Source of the DNA: Owenia fusiformis
Lineage: Eukaryota
Length of the DNA: 64,000 nt
Assembly (NCBI GenBank): GCA_903813345.2
Contig: CAIIXF020000001.1
Location: 49,476,001-49,540,000, forward strand
Direction of reading: 5' to 3'
The notes below the pieces were generated by a model. It was given only the letters and a program-made list of their open reading frames with translations. It was not told the origin of the DNA and did not search any database. Below are positions 13,115-28,100 of the stretch, piece after piece (position 1 is the first letter of the stretch; each line of letters starts with the position of its first letter). The translations under genes and the position numbers were made by a program.

Positions 13115-13260
13115 CAGTAAAACCTGTCTAAGTAGAACACCTTTTGTACCTTTAAGAAGTGTTTGGGAGGTGTTCCACTTATAGACTATAGAGGTTCATT
13201 TAACATTAAGCCAGTTGGTCTAGAGACTCTGAAAAGTGTTCCACTTTACAGGTTTCACTG
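13115..13260. mobile_element. pogo/Tc1-type MITE
   Basis: TA|CAGTAAAACCTGT ... ACAGGTTTCACTG|TA. Relatives at ~16098-16281, 18633-18840 and ~49460-50083. Confidence 0.8.
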
Positions 13261-13905
13261 TATATTAATATTGTTTAATCCTCAGCTTCACATTCTCTGG
13301 GTTGACTCTGCTTAATATTGACAATGAGTCATCTCCTTTCTACCACTATTGGAGTAATTATCCTGAAAACCATAGACTTTAATTCTACATTAGGAACCAA
13401 TTGCTATTTACTTTTCATTGTCATGTTAATAGTATAATTGGAAGCGGAAATATATTTTTTGAGCTATTGAGGAATCAAACATATGGATCTGTAAGTTTGT
13501 CATGTCCTCATCAGGTCAGTATATGCTACCTTAAAACCATGTTACTTATATTTGTACAGTCAGTTTCTGGATATGTGTTCATTGTCCACAGGTAGGTGTT
13601 CATTATAATTAGAATCTGGCATAATTATGAGACTTTCACTACATGGGGAGTAAGTCACCCTCCCCCATTAAATACTCCATATACACACTAAAGTATATGT
13701 AGGTAAAAGAAGGGGGGGGGGTTGTGGCAATTAAGCAGGCTTCGCTGTATCTTTTTCCTCTTTGATCCTGGCAATTTATATCATCAGTTTGCTGTTAAGA
13801 TTTGTTTAATAGTGAACATTTAAGCTTTCTACTACTACAAATAATGAGTGTAATGTTGTAAGTGTATTTGTAAATGTTCAGCATTTGTGAGTGCATATTA
13901 ACTTA

Positions 13906-14319
13906 GGGGAGGCATCAAAAGTTCAATGTCTGATAGGAAACTAAATAAATCTAGTCTTGAGTTGGACCCCCCCCCCCTCCCCCTCAAAACTTAATACAAT
14001 GAAAGTTGATCGCGGACTTTCACATGTTTTTGCGACTCAATTTGGACTTTTATGGGGGTAGTACTAGAACTTATTCATGATTCTTAAAACATATGCCAAC
14101 AACAATAGGCATAATATTCCATGTTGCATGCATATTTGTGAAGAAGGCATCTGGTAAAGTCTTTATTTTTAAACCATTCCAAGGCATTTCGAGTCGAAAT
14201 TCCCAAAAATTCAAATGTTGAAATTTGTCGGATAGCAAACTGAAATAGCTTTGACCCCCTCCCCCCCAAACTAGATTTATTTAGTTTTCTATCAGACATT
14301 GATCTTTTGATGCCTCCCC
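13906..14319. mobile_element. PIF/Harbinger-like MITE
   Basis: About 50-bp TIR GGGGAGGCATCAAAAGTTCAATGTCTGATAGGAAACTAAATAAATCTAGT and its reverse complement, with TTA on both flanks. Confidence 0.82.
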
Positions 14320-14538
14320 TTAAAGTGTTGAGACAAAACAGAGTTTGTAGGTAACAGGCAATATGTTATGTTTTCACATCTATCCTCTTAACACGACTGC
14401 TTTGTATTTCAGACATCACCATTAACAGTCCAGAATGAGTGGATTGGGAGAATATCGGCAATCTTCTAAAACACATAGAGTACTAAAAAATATTGAGAAC
14501 TAATATAGCGGATTATAGGAACAAGAGAATTTGAAAGT

Positions 14539-14585
14539 ATGGAGAAAACAAAGAATGTATTCCAGGGAATTCACATATCCAGGAA
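14539..14585 (+). CDS. Candidate first coding exon A of the PP2C-like gene (exon 14413-14585)
   Basis: Acceptor tttgtatttcag ends at 14412. ATG at 14539 gives MEKTKNVFQGIHISR+AA, then donor GTGAGT at 14586. Phase 2 joins in frame to exon 36835. Confidence 0.5.
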
Positions 14586-17032
14586 GTGAGTAATTTTTAT
14601 TTTAGCGTTTTTTTATCACACAAAGTGTGTGATATTTTTATTGCAGTGTCAAATCTAATCTAGTCTGTGATAATCCTTTTCAGGGTCAACATCGAATAAA
14701 CAAACTGTTACTTCCCTCAAATAATGCCATGTTATTCAGTTGAAAAACATGCAAAATTTTTGTGTTTGTCTATTGGTTTATTTTTTCAACTTGGATGCCT
14801 GTAGAGTAAAAAATCTTCAGTCTTGAGATAAATATGCTGATGCCTACATGCATGTGGCATGACCACAAAACATTTCTGCTTGTGTGTATTGAGGTTTACT
14901 ATTTTTAAATCTGATATAACCTGAGAGCCAAGATAAGTTTGATTGATTTAATACCAAATATTTAGTCAAAGATAAGTTATACTAACTTTGATCTCCACAT
15001 ACAAAATTATAATAGGAATGTTTTTCATAAAATGTGTTGATAACAATTTGATTTTTGAATGAGAATTAGATAAGTTCCCAGGAAAATTCAGCATTTTGAA
15101 TGATAAAATTATCATACTGAAAACTGTTAGGAACTTAGGACATAGTGATAAATTGTTATATGTAGTGAGTCTATTTCTATCTAATATTTGTAGAAATTTA
15201 GTCTTTGCCGCATTCGTCAGTATCGATTTCAGTACCCAGTGTAGAAGATACGCATGTTATTGGGGGATGTGCAAGGGCTATATATATATATATAATCTTA
15301 CTCGAACCACCTTGTGGTGAAATACTGGCATCTAGGTAATTATACATTGATACATATCCCTGTAAGTACTGGCATTGACAAAGTATTCTATATTGTCTTC
15401 CATATGTCAGGGTCTGGATGACCTGGGTCAGGCTGACCTGCTTTGTTCTTTACTTCAGATGAAACATATAATTTCATTATAGGTCTGTTTTCAAAAGTAT
15501 ATGTCCACTTTATTCTGTCATTGCCCATTACCTAGGCCCATTGCTAGACAGGACACACTTTTTGCGAAACATGTGAGTTTTGTGATCACAGTTTTTAATT
15601 CTCCTAAAATTAAATGACAAACAAATCAGTAATTATACTGCAATTGTTTGAGATGTCAGGATAGGTAAATATGATACATTTTACATTTATCTTTGCAATC
15701 CATGATCCATTCTCTGATGATCTTAAGGCTTTTTATCTCGTGTATCATGTTTTCAGAGATATGTTAGAATTTTGTAATTACCATAATCATGCTTCCTTGG
15801 CATATTTTTATGGATTAGAAGTAAACTTTTATATGACATAAATGTGGAAACATGGTGAATTGAAATTCTAAAATGAATCTTAAACTTTATTTGTTCCCTA
15901 GTCTTTTGAAAATTAATCTTTGGAAAGTACATTCACCATTTCTCATAGAATAAATAGCCTGTTATCTTGATTAGGATAAACATAATTGTTCATAATCAGT
16001 ACTGGTAGTAGGGGAAGTAGAATTAGTAATTTGACTAGGAATTACATGTATAACAGGAACAGTTAGCCCGCAAAAAGATATCATATTTAGTACAGTACAG
16101 TAAAACTGTGTATAGTGAACACCTAAAAAATGTGTTAACTGTAGGTAGGTGTTCACGACAGATAAAATCATTCATACAGAAGTCATTAGAAAATGTGTTG
16201 AGGAAGGGTGTCTACTAGAGACATGTGTTCACTAGAGACAGGTGTTCACTAGAGAGAGGTGTTCACTAAAACAGTTTTACCCTAGACATACTGCCATCCT
16301 CCCCCTCTGTCCTTAAAGACTGGTTTAGAGAAAATGTGTACTATCTCATATTTTTTTAACCAGTTTAGAGTAGAAACACTACTACCCCTCTCCCCTTCTT
16401 AAAGAGTTATGGAAAATGTGTATATGTCTCATATTTTCAACCAGTTAGAGTAGAAACCCTGCCCATTCCTCTTCTCTAAAGGGTGATTTATATGACGTGT
16501 GCTTCTTCACTATCTCATATTTTCTGTATTTATTTTGATTTATTATAGTATGAGTATGTGTATTGACGGGCATACAATGATTTACAAGAAAACGTGAAGA
16601 TATTTTCTGGAAAAAGTCAGCCTAACTGATAAATATCTTAGTGAATTAGTCTCCCATTGCAGATGTTGCTCTTTCAGCTTGACGTTTTCAAGTTCATTCT
16701 CACCTCATATTATTTCAGAACATGGTATGGTAACCACATACTACATGTATTATACTTGTAGTCCTGACATTTGGTTTTACAAAAATTATTTGAATTTGTG
16801 TTTCGTTCTATTGAAACGAAAATGAATAACTAGGTGAAAATTTGCCTAAAATGAAGTTTCACTTCCTGTTTGTTTATATATTTAACAGAAAACTTTTTCA
16901 TGTGTTACATTTTAATATTATATCATAATAATAGTATGTATTGATTAAAATACACTTTGGTAATTATGCATCTTTAATTAAAGGTGCAGCTTCACATATT
17001 ATATATATTTTCTAGGTAATCTACTTAATTCT

Positions 17033-17132
17033 TAGTCTTGCATCAAGCTTCTATTCCATCGACCTATTATCCATTTCCCTACTTTGTGAAGAAAGCAAGT
17101 GGAGGAGATATACTTGGCTTGTTGCAAGACTA
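17033..17132. mobile_element. Short MITE with TAGTCTTGC...GCAAGACTA termini
   Basis: Terminal inverted repeats. Relatives at ~28185-28233 and ~42633, and similar ends at ~19752 and ~20806. Confidence 0.6.
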
Positions 17133-18632
17133 CATAATCCTTTGATATTGATGATACTGGTTCAAAGTAGACTCTTAATGTCACTGAAAGAGAAAAAAGA
17201 CGTGAATAGTAATTGTTGTTTCGTGTTATGATGAAGCAATATCACAATTTTATTGATTTTTTACGCTTTTGCCCCTCTAACGATTTGACTTCTTGGGATA
17301 TATTTTCATATGGAATTCTTCAAAGGTTCAATAGTAATATTATCATATTACAGATATGGAAAAATTTGAGTTGATTACCGATCCCAAGGCATATAGAAGT
17401 CATAATATTTTGTTAATGCCTGACAGTGATGGTTTAGTGAATGATTCAAATAAATATTAATTTGAAATGATTAAACAGGGGGGGACTTGAATTAGATGAA
17501 ACATATTACGGATCTCACCCATCCTTTGCTAAATTGTCCAAGTGATGCTAACTGCATTGGCATATACATCAAAAATGTGACATATTTTTCTTATATCCCA
17601 ACCAATTATATGAAGCTTTTTCATAGATTTCATGGTAATCATATTTCTCATTGTTGGCTTCACAGCCTGTACCATCTCTGTGAATACTAGGAATAGTATC
17701 ATGAAACCTTTGACATCATTTACAATGGTGGCTGACCTTGATTATCTGAGGGCTTATTAGCCTGTGATTCATTCTCTTAAGCTGACATTATTGGCAAATA
17801 TAGGCTTAGATATATGGCGCTGTATAATGAAAGCAAACGCGGCAATCATACTAATTGGGAATTTTTGATCTAGATTTTGTTATCTTATTTTTTCTGATGT
17901 AATATGTTAATTAAGCACTAAAATTGTAAGGTCCGTGTAATGGAGTAAAATATATGTAAAGCTGGTAATTTTAGTTTCGAATGCAGGCTTTAACCGTTAG
18001 CACAACAGTCAGATACTTATCACCATCTCTGTCTTGCAAAGACTTTACTAAGAAGAACTGTCATAGGCATAGCGCACAGTACTCTGGGTACGCACAAGCG
18101 TACCAGATGCTTGCAAATTCGCTCCAAATACAACCAAAGGACGATTCTCGGTTTGGAGAACAGCCTCCTGGGCTAAAAAAATTTTCATGAAAAATATAGA
18201 AATATTACCCAAATTAAACTATGAATATTCAAAAGAGGACAATTAAATCTACAAGATGTAAAAATAACAAATTGGTCTGAAGCAGGGATAATGCTCAAAT
18301 AGACCGATTCAATAAAATACAAGTCTCGATTTGGGGAAAGAAGTTCATCAGTGTACTGCGCTAATATTCTTTTGCGAAAAATCTAGAAATATTACCCAAA
18401 TTAAATTATGACTATTCAAAAGAAGACATTCAAATCTATATTATGTAAAAAAATCAAATTTGTCCGAAGCAGGGATAATGCTCATTTAGATTGATGAACT
18501 TCGTTCTCCAAACCGAGAATCGTCCTTTCCCAGACCCCCCTAAATACTCATTTTTTGCTTCGCTCAACTCTTGTTCCTGCGATGGCATACTACATGTACT
18601 TAAAAATATAGCGCAGTGCTCATGACTGTATA

Positions 18633-18840
18633 CTGTAAAACCTGTATATCTGAACACCCCTCTAATCTAAACACCTTCCAATTTGAACACTTTTTCTCAG
18701 TCCAAATTTTGTTATCTCCCTCGTATAAGAAAAGTGAACACTTTTTCTCCCATTGACTCACTTGTAAGTAAACCTTGAATAGTGAACACTTTTGGGGATT
18801 GTCCAGTCCTGTTGGTGTTTAAATTAGACACGTTTTACTG
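18633..18840. mobile_element. pogo/Tc1-type MITE
   Basis: TA|CTGTAAAACCTGT ... ACACGTTTTACTG|TA with internal gaacac repeats. Confidence 0.75.
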
Positions 18841-21092
18841 TATACAAGTTCAGTAGAATACCCTGAAATCTAGAGAAAATAAATATAGATGGTACACTCT
18901 TTCAGATATGCAGAGGGTAATAAATCACTACAATCAATGAAAAGGAAGTGAAAAAACTTACAATCAATGAAAAGGGAAACATTTAATGAAAAAACTTGTA
19001 ATTTAACTTAGAAAATGCTTTAATTGAAAATCATTTCTAGCTGCATCTATAGAGGTCACTAGTGAATCTTAATGAATTTAAGGAACTGAAGTTGTATTCA
19101 GTGTGATACTTATACACAGCTGCATAAAGTGCATTTGATCCTCATTTCAAAGTCATATTGACATTGTTTCTCAGGATCTCTAATTATGATAAAGGATATA
19201 CTGTTTGCAGATGCCATATGGCAACTGAAGACATGAGAACGCAGGTTGACCATTCATCAAGAAAATAATGAATTGGTATATTCTGTCATACACTTTCAGT
19301 TATAATATATAACATGGTCTGTCTAGTCTCTATCTATACTGTGTTGAAATATATCTTGTCCTGATCTTTTATTCCAGAAAATTTTCAAATGTCTTTTTGA
19401 AACAAAATGGAAAATATTGAGCATTGAGAAATCATCAAATTTTCTAATCATTTTCAAGATCTTTTTTGTTTTGTTTTGTACATTTTAAAAAAGTTGAGGG
19501 AAGGTTCAGATATATAAGTAATGTCAAGTTAAGCCTTTCACCCCCCCCCCCTCCTAACTAAACACCTCACATCAGGAGGTCCAGAGATTTCATGTAGGAA
19601 AGATCTCATACACTTATTTCAGTCAATCAATACATTTTTAACTAGCTACAAGCCCTTATGACCCCTCCTACTACTTGACTACACACCTTCTCACACAGGA
19701 AGGGGAGGTGTGAAGGGGGGGGGGGGTCTCTCAAGGATTTGTAGCTAGACTAGTTTTTAATGAGGAGAAAGGGGTCTACTCTTGTCCTTCGTTAGATTAC
19801 ATTCATGAAAAGAAAAACATTGACATTTTGGCCCGGCCCCTTCCCTTGGAATGCACAAAAATGTAATTGTTTATATTTTAGCTCATGATATGATTTCAAC
19901 ATTCAAATTTTCATTGGAAAATTAACCTTAGGCAAAATAATTATATTATATCTTAGGTTTTTGTAACCTGATTGTTTTGGTATGCTATAATCACAAATTA
20001 TTATGCACTAGGATGAATCAGATCATAATTTTGATTGCACTTATTGACCCAGGTTGTGGTAATTCTGATCCTGTTATATGTGTTTTGCGTGAATGATAAT
20101 TAATAATGGGATGTTGATCATCATTAGTGTCTTTTTCCAGTTGCTTGTCTTAATGTCTTGTACTGAATTGCCTGACTTAATTTGAGTAAATGTTCAATTA
20201 GATGTGAAAGGCGAAACTTACTTTTTACCTTAATTTGATCACTGGGGGCACAACTATACTGGTTCATTGGTACATTGTAGTATACTTAATTAAGCCTGCA
20301 TGGGGCCTATGAATGGCTCAAAAAAAGATTTATTGGCCCCTTGAAATAGAATGAAGGTACCATTATATTTGCAGATCGGATTTCATAGAAAATGCTATCT
20401 CAGCTTTTTGCCGTACCCCTTCCAATATACAGGGGTACTCTTGAAGGTAATATATCAATGGAGGTAATATAGCAAAGGTAGTAGTATAGACAAAGGTGAT
20501 ACAACATAATCATCAGTATCAGTACTAGAATAGTATATCATTTACCTGCATAATAACACTGATACCCTAGGATAGGCCCAGAAAAAAAAATTAGGCCCAA
20601 TTGAAATTCTTTTAGTTGGCCTTTTTGGGCATTATTATTATTTTAAATTCTAGGCCAATTTATCGAGAAAATAGGCCTTATAAAGCCCCCCCCCCCAACT
20701 GCTTCACCATCAGATATTGAATGGCCAGGTGTGTAGTGAGGGGTCAAAAGGGCTTGTAGCTAGACTGGACTACAACTAATTTAACAAAAAGGCTAACTAT
20801 ATCAACTATTGTGATTGGATGGTTTGGCTGCAAGGTATCTTGGCTTTAATTGCTTTAGTTGTCATCTCTCTGACCTGTTGATCCTATTAAATCAAATTTA
20901 TTGTCCCAAATATAAACTACTTCATTTTTGTTGATGTAGCATTCAATTTAATCAGTTCTTTTTTACAAAAAGCACTTCAGAAGAAAAGTTGATGAATATG
21001 GGACTAAGGACATGAAGTGAATAAATGAGCTTAGATTGTAAGATGTGAAATATCTAGAAATAATAGAAGTAAAGACCTTTATGAAATGCCTA

Positions 21093-21174
21093 TTTAGGCA
21101 TAAGGGGTCATCTCAGACTAAAGTTTTATTCATTAGGCATAAGGGGTCATCTCAGACTAAAGTTATATTCATTC
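21093..21174 (+). repeat. 39-bp tandem duplication
   Basis: ttaggcataaggggtcatctcagactaaagttWtattca occurs twice. Confidence 0.85.
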
Positions 21175-22844
21175 ATGTATTGTGATTCCATTCAAAGGGG
21201 TCCAGTCAGATTTGAACAGAAGTAAAATTAGATACCTTTATTTTGAGCAATCTAGACAACAATGGGGTGCTCTTATAATGGATGTTTTATTCTCACGGTA
21301 TTGTTTTTCCAAGTGGTACTGTTACATTTTATTTCATGTTCAAGAATAAAAGCACAGATGGTATCGTACTTCTCTATTGTGTAATAAAAGGAAAAGTACA
21401 CACTTACGAAAGTCTGGTATTTCAATAAATGTTATAAATCACAGCTCTTAAAATGTAGTTTCTGAAAAGAACTATTTGTTTTTATTTAACATTTACTCAG
21501 TGTCGCTTGCCTACCTATAAGCATGTTTTCATACAATGTTGTTTTATATAAGTGAACCATAGAAGTTGTGTAGGAATGTTATTCATATTTGCGATAATTA
21601 CATATAATACTTAACAAATACAAAAATTTGATTTTTTGACATGAGCTTTTAAACATGGGACCATACAGTGCACTGTTGGGGAACTTTTGTGGCCCCTTTA
21701 TTTTACCTTGCTAACTCCATTGTGGGATCCACAGCCTTTACTATCCCTTTGGAATAGTTCAAAAGCGTTAGGTAAAGAGGGACTCTGATAAATCAGAATG
21801 TGCTAACTCAGGTGAAACTGATTGATATCATTTCGTCATTTGATTATATATGTATACCTTGAGTAAAGTGAATGCTCAATAATAGTGGACAATAGAGTCA
21901 AGCTGTAAGTAATTAAAAGTTGTAGAAGTAACATATTAAAGGTCAATGCTGTGGTATTTGTGGTCAATATTTTAGCTGTGTGTCTGTATACAGATAAACA
22001 TTGGGCTGTATTCTAAACTATCAGTTTATCCAGTTTATCAACTGGCCCCAACCAAGATGTGCTGATCAGGCCAAAACAGTGAAATATACAAGCCACATGG
22101 GATTATATTACTTGATAAGTACCTTCAAGTTTACGTTTACATATACTGGTCCAAGCACATACATTGAAAGATTGGGAAAACAGCACATAAAAGTCACAAC
22201 AACATTCATGTACAGCTCTGACAGGTCACAACATAAGCTGTGGACAATCATCTAGATTTAGGAACATTGCATTCAACAGTGCTGTGCTGGTATATCAAGA
22301 AAGGAGCATAAATAGTTCATTATGAGAATACATGGACCAAGAATTCAAGTTCCAAGAGCTGTAGATTGAAAGTTATCTCAGTAAGTGGTGTTTGGAAAAG
22401 TAATAACATTGCAGAGCTATCAATTGGAGTACCAGGATAAGCTGCAGGTTGGCATAGTTTGGAGTTTACATATTGACATTCAAATTCAGTCTACAGAAAT
22501 AGCACCATGGATCAGATTTGATTACATCAGAAAAGTCACAAAGTCACATAGTTCTCATTTGTTTGGATGGGATAATAATCAAAACCACATTGATGGTTGT
22601 GTTCATCATCGGTTTTTAAATCAGGAGATTCGAAGTTCAGCAAGACCTGCAGGCGAAGTGAACATTTATAAACACGGAGTGACAGTGAAACAATGGAGTC
22701 ATTTCAACGAAAAGTCACACATGTACGAATGAACTTTGGTTAGTTTGGATTTGACTTTACTTGTGTGTCATACATGACATCACATAGACTGGCTATTTAC
22801 ATGTGATCTGCCACATGTATTGTGACATCATACAAAAGGCTATA

Positions 22845-22891
22845 ATGAAGCCCCAAAGACCAAAGAGCTGGCACCATGAAGGTGCAATGAG
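22845..22891 (+). CDS. Candidate alternative first coding exon B of the PP2C-like gene
   Basis: ATG at 22845 (in-frame ATG also at 22815) gives MKPQRPKSWHHEGAM+AG, followed by a consensus donor AG|GTAAGT. Phase 2 joins in frame to exon 36835. Confidence 0.45.
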
Positions 22892-23563
22892 GTAAGTTAT
22901 GTTTTAATTTTAATATTGCATTTATAACAGGGTATCTTCATTATGCCAAAGGGTATTGTACCTCACTAGCTGAGATTAGGGGAGGGGGCTCATTTTCTCC
23001 AAAATTTATTGAAAATTTTAGATTTTCCTTCATGGATTTTTAGATCCACCATGGACCTAAAGACATTATAGGGTTACATTTAAGTTAGAACTACAATACT
23101 TTTTGGTAAAATGAGAGACTGGTTATAATTTGTTTAAATTCTAAAGTTGTTTAAATTTGAGAGTATGTTTTAAGTAAGTTAAAGATGCAGCAAAGATAAA
23201 GAGACAAGTTGAAATTAAAAAAGTTGTCACAATTTTGTTTTTATGTCACGCTTATTTTCTAAATAGTCTAACATCCCTTTTTTCAGTGCTTATGAATTTG
23301 TACATTTCTGAATCTTTTTTGCAACAAGTTCCATAATTGACCAGATATTACAATTTCTCAGATGATAAATTTGGATTGTAATAGCAACTTTGGCTGCTAC
23401 TTAAAGTTGTCAATCTATGCCAACACTAATGGCCAGTTATTCTAAAAAATGTAATGTCATTCACTGACCACCTTGTAAAGTTGTTAACTATTCAGTTATT
23501 TGAAATATTAAGCCATATAACTGATTGAATTGAAAATAACTTTGCATGAATAAATATTTTTAA

Positions 23564-23768
23564 GGTAGATCTGCATTTTCACAAAAATGTTGAAAAATAT
23601 GGGAAAATGTAACTTCTGTCTATTCTGTTTAATTGAAATATTTTGATTTTGAACAAAGTATTCTCCTGAATATCCACATAAACTGTGAAAATATTACTTA
23701 AAGTAGTTATTAGTAATGAGGAATTGTGAAAATTACACCCAAAAATATTCCTATCATGTAGAACTACC
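23564..23768. mobile_element. Kolobok-like MITE (TTAA TSD)
   Basis: TTAA|GGTAGATCTGCAT ... ATGTAGAACTACC|TTAA. Confidence 0.7.
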
Positions 23769-23977
23769 TTAAGAGAGATAGAGATTCGACAGTTAACTAA
23801 TCAAAGTTGAGCTTTGAGAATAAATGTCAACTGTTGTAATTGACTGATTGATCATGCATTGATCAGTGTAGAGTATTGATGATTATCACATGATAATCAA
23901 AATTATCAAACTGGCGGTTGTCAAATCATGATAATAGCAGTCATATAAGAGTTTTTGTGTTACTATGAGAATGAACA

Positions 23978-24657
23978 CGTTGAATGGTGTTACATTGAGA
24001 ATGATATTGTTGAATGTTATATATAGTTCCTGATACTTTGAAAATGTTGAATGATTGATTGTACTTGACAATTAACATGTTGAATGATGTTACATTAAGA
24101 ATGATCATATTGAATGATGGTACATTGGGAATGATATTGTTGAAAATGTTGAATGATTGATGGTTCTTGACAATTAACATGTTGAATGATGTTGCATTAA
24201 GAATGATCATATTGAATGATTGTACATGGGAATGATATTGTTGAAAATGTTGAATGATTGATGGTACTTGACAATTAACATGTTGAATGATGTTACATTA
24301 AGAATGATCATATTGAATGATGGTACATAGGAATGATATTGTTGAAAATGTTGAATGATTGATGGTTCTTGACAGTTAACATGTTGAATGATGTTACATT
24401 AAGAATGATCATATTGAATGATGGTACATAGGATTAATATTGTTGAAAATGTTGAATGATTGATGGTACTTGACAATTAACATGTTGAATGATGTTGCAT
24501 TAAGAATGATCATATTGAATGATTGTACATGGGAACGATATTGTTGAAAATGTTGAATGATTGATGGTACTTGACAATTAACATGTTGAATGATGTTACA
24601 TTAAGAATGATCATATTGAATGATGGTACATGGGAATGATATTGTTCAAAATGTTCA
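23978..24657 (+). repeat. About 101-bp tandem satellite, ~6.5 copies
   Basis: ttgacaRttaacatg recurs at 24065, 24167, 24268, 24369, 24470 and 24571. Each unit contains three ttgaatgat sub-repeats. Confidence 0.95.
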
Positions 24658-24925
24658 ATCTGGCTGAACATTTTTTCAATAGTATCTGTTTCTCTGTTAA
24701 TGCCTTTGGCATATCCTTACATGTCAATGTCAGAGAGCCTCAAAGCAGGTGGATGGAAAGATAGATTACATAGACATGTCTGCAGCTTCTAGTTTTGCAA
24801 TTCTCTACTGTTCTGCAATCCAAAACATTCTCATCATTGATTCAAAAATGCTCAACTGTAAACCATTTTAATTTTAGTTTTTAGTTTTGTCTCATTTTAT
24901 TCAAACCTATTGTTACTAATTGTAG

Positions 24926-25197
24926 CAGGCCTGTCAACTTGGGAACACCTAACATGAGTGACTTGGAAATGTTGAACACCTCCCCTCAAAATGTGGACAT
25001 CTTGGTCCAAATCTGAACACCTTGATCCAAATTTTGAACACCTTGGTTTAAATTTTATTACATCTTGCCAAATTTTGAACACCTCAAATTTTTCGCCAAA
25101 TTGACATTTTCTGTCACGCAAAAATAACTGGCGTGACTTCAAATTCTTCAGCAAATGCGTGACAAATACGCAAATTGCGTGACAGTTGACAGGCCTG
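24926..25197. mobile_element. MITE with 14-bp TIR and 6-bp TSD
   Basis: TTGTAG|CAGGCCTGTCAACT ... AGTTGACAGGCCTG|TTGTAG. Confidence 0.88.
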
Positions 25198-28100
25198 TTG
25201 TAGTCATGGAACAAGTCCTTAAACTGATCTGATACTAGTATTAGATAAAATGATATTCATTAAAAGTGCCTCATTTTGAGACATAACCATTGAATCAGTG
25301 CCACTCTGATCTGGTAACTGGTTATTCCATCATTACAAAAAATCAAATGAACCCCTAAACTTGTGAAGATTTGGAAATTGTGCTTCTTTAGAAATTCTTT
25401 GACAAAATAGTCCCACAAAAACACTGCAAAAACCATCTTTTAGACAAAAATAATTATGATGAAAACCTCTTAAATAAACTGATATTAGATAGACAAGAAT
25501 GGGTTGAAAGGTCAATTTTTCTTAAAATATGTTTTGACTGAGAAATATAAAGATGAAATTGATCAATTACAGTAAAAATATATTTCCTAGATTGTCTTAA
25601 AGAGTGACCAGATCAGCCTGACCTTGGAGTTTTAACACAACACATCAATTTCACTTCCAAATATAGAGCTGTCAATCAAAATCTTGAACTGTGTGGAAAA
25701 GTTAAAGTTGACTGATGTGGATGATGTTCATTTTGAATTGTTCTCAGAAACAGAATTGAATTTTTGTAACAATGCTCAAAATTTAATCTGTTAAGATTTA
25801 TAAAATGATTTCTTTGTAAATATATACAGGTCAGAGTGACCTACATGAAACATACCCTGACCTACTTGTATAAACAGATTTTTGAAAATATTCTATTTTA
25901 GCACAATGAAATAAATCAATAATTCATTCATATATTGTAGATGTCCAAAAAACACATTGAAATAATTTTAAAAAAATAATATAGATAAATAAGTTTAAGT
26001 GAATTATTGATCAAAAATGCTTGTCTTTAATGTTTTCTTTTATATTAAAGTTTTAAATTCTTACACAACATTTTGCAGACTTAAAATTTTTGACTTGTCT
26101 CCAATTTTTTCCTAGATTTGTGAAAAGATTCCTACTCTTAAGCATTTTGATAAACATTTTGGGGCTAATGTGAAATTGAATTTATATAAATGATATAAAT
26201 TCAATGGTTGGTAAGGCCCTTTGTTAGAGGTGATCTGCATAGGGGATCATAGTTCCTTGAAGAAAAAGTAAAGCTGCTTCCTCATCTAACATTCAACATA
26301 ATTATGACAATTGCCATTTTAAAGCAGTAAGGTGATACTACTATGAATCTGTAAATTAAAACCTTTAAACTTTTTCTGATTTTGTTGTTTCTATTTTGAA
26401 CTTATCCCCTGCATAAAAAAGTCCAGCCTTCATACATTTCCATAAATTTTAAGGCTTCATTTACGTTTTACCACTTAACCAGAAAATTGTACCTCAGTAA
26501 TTGTAGTACACTTAAACATTGAAAAGACCCATTGAATGTCCAGTTCATATTTGTGAAGTATGTTGCAAATCTGCATCTAATCTCATATTGAGAAGAAATA
26601 ATTGAAGAAATTAATATGAAGACATAACTCATCATTATCAAACTCATTTTTCATCGAAGAGAAATATTTTCAGTGATAAAGCCAAAACTTCTTTCAAAAT
26701 TATGCATGCAGTTTTTCACTATTCTGCGGCAATTTTCAAGTGAATTTGAGCGAACTTTTTGAAAAGTGAACCCCCTTGGCATAAGCTACCTACAGGTCCG
26801 TCCAAATTCTCATCCATATGGGGGAATTCTGGAATAATAACAAATAAACATCTCTCCATAATGTTATGCTTGAAAACAGTTGTTTGATGTCAAATAACTG
26901 GATTGAACTTGGATAGAAAGATGTGACTTTATGAAGAATAGGGAAATACATAATGTGGAAACTATCAGTAGTATTATCTCGTTTTTGATTAGAAGCCAGG
27001 AAAGTTCACTGTGATTCATTTATCATGATAAATGTACAAACCCAAATGTGAAAGGTATATTGATGGATTCACCTGTTTTAGCCCTGACTGTGTTATGAAT
27101 GACTTCAGGTGTAGGTCTAAATATTTCATTACTAGACCATGTGTCATGATTGGAATCTGCTGACCTGTTGACATGTACTCAGACAATGAACTGCTTACAT
27201 GGTGGATCCAGGAGGGATCATGATGAAAATGGGCCTTTTGTAAGAGTAAGCCCAATTTCTACACAAAATTTCAAAAACTTTAGATTTTCAAGTTGGCTCT
27301 TTTTTTTTAGAGTTGCATTAATATGGTCTGCATGATTCCTTCATTTAATGTTCTAAAGCAGAATTGAAAAATGGACCTATAGCTATTATTTTGTTATAAT
27401 AAACAGACAATTGACCTGATATCTGTACAGGTGTCCTTCTTGTGGTATTTTCACTTGAGGTGAAAGGTGCCCCATTAGACTTACCACAATCATGTGTAAT
27501 AAAGCATCACATCTAACCACAAATGGGAGACCATCTTGCACTATAGACCCATAGACTGTCTGTTGAATCAGACCTAGAATCAGTACTGGCACAGTCATCA
27601 TCAGTTTTTATCAGTTCCTTTTTAGAAGGTATATTGACAGTTTGAAAACAGAGATGTGATGAGTATCAGAATAGGCTCTGTACTCGATTGAGATTTTGAA
27701 AGTATTTTGCACAAAATTGAAAGTCCATTTCACTCACTTCAAATCACATAAAATTGAACTATTTTAGGACATTTTAGGACATCTTATTGTCTTATTATGG
27801 AATATTTGGAACAGTTGAATAAGGATGGTGCATATTGTTGAGAAAAGAACTCTTGATGAGAACACTCAACTACTTTGTAAATTCCAGCACTGAATGTTTA
27901 TTGATTTTGCTTCATTTGTTGTTCTGCTATGACGTATTTATACAATTCATTAGATGACTTTAACTCAACTGCCCAAGGCCCATTAGTGAACATTTAGAGT
28001 GAAAGGAAAGAGAAGTTTCATAATCGCATTATGTCATTAAACATTACTTCACTCAGTATACTAATGATGTCTGAATCTTACTTTATAATTGAATTTAAAA

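Noticed and set aside
15411..15482. Possible small exon GLDDLGQADLLCSFTSDETYNFII in the PP2C-like 5' region
   Set aside because: Weak splice sites, phases (0 to 1) that do not fit the neighbouring candidate exons, and no recognisable similarity.
22385..22732. 115-aa GTG-start ORF
   Set aside because: No recognisable domain and a non-ATG start. More likely UTR or intron near a candidate alternative first exon.
23886..24210. Repetitive - strand ORFs (NVTSFNM repeats)
   Set aside because: They are translations of the 101-bp satellite.
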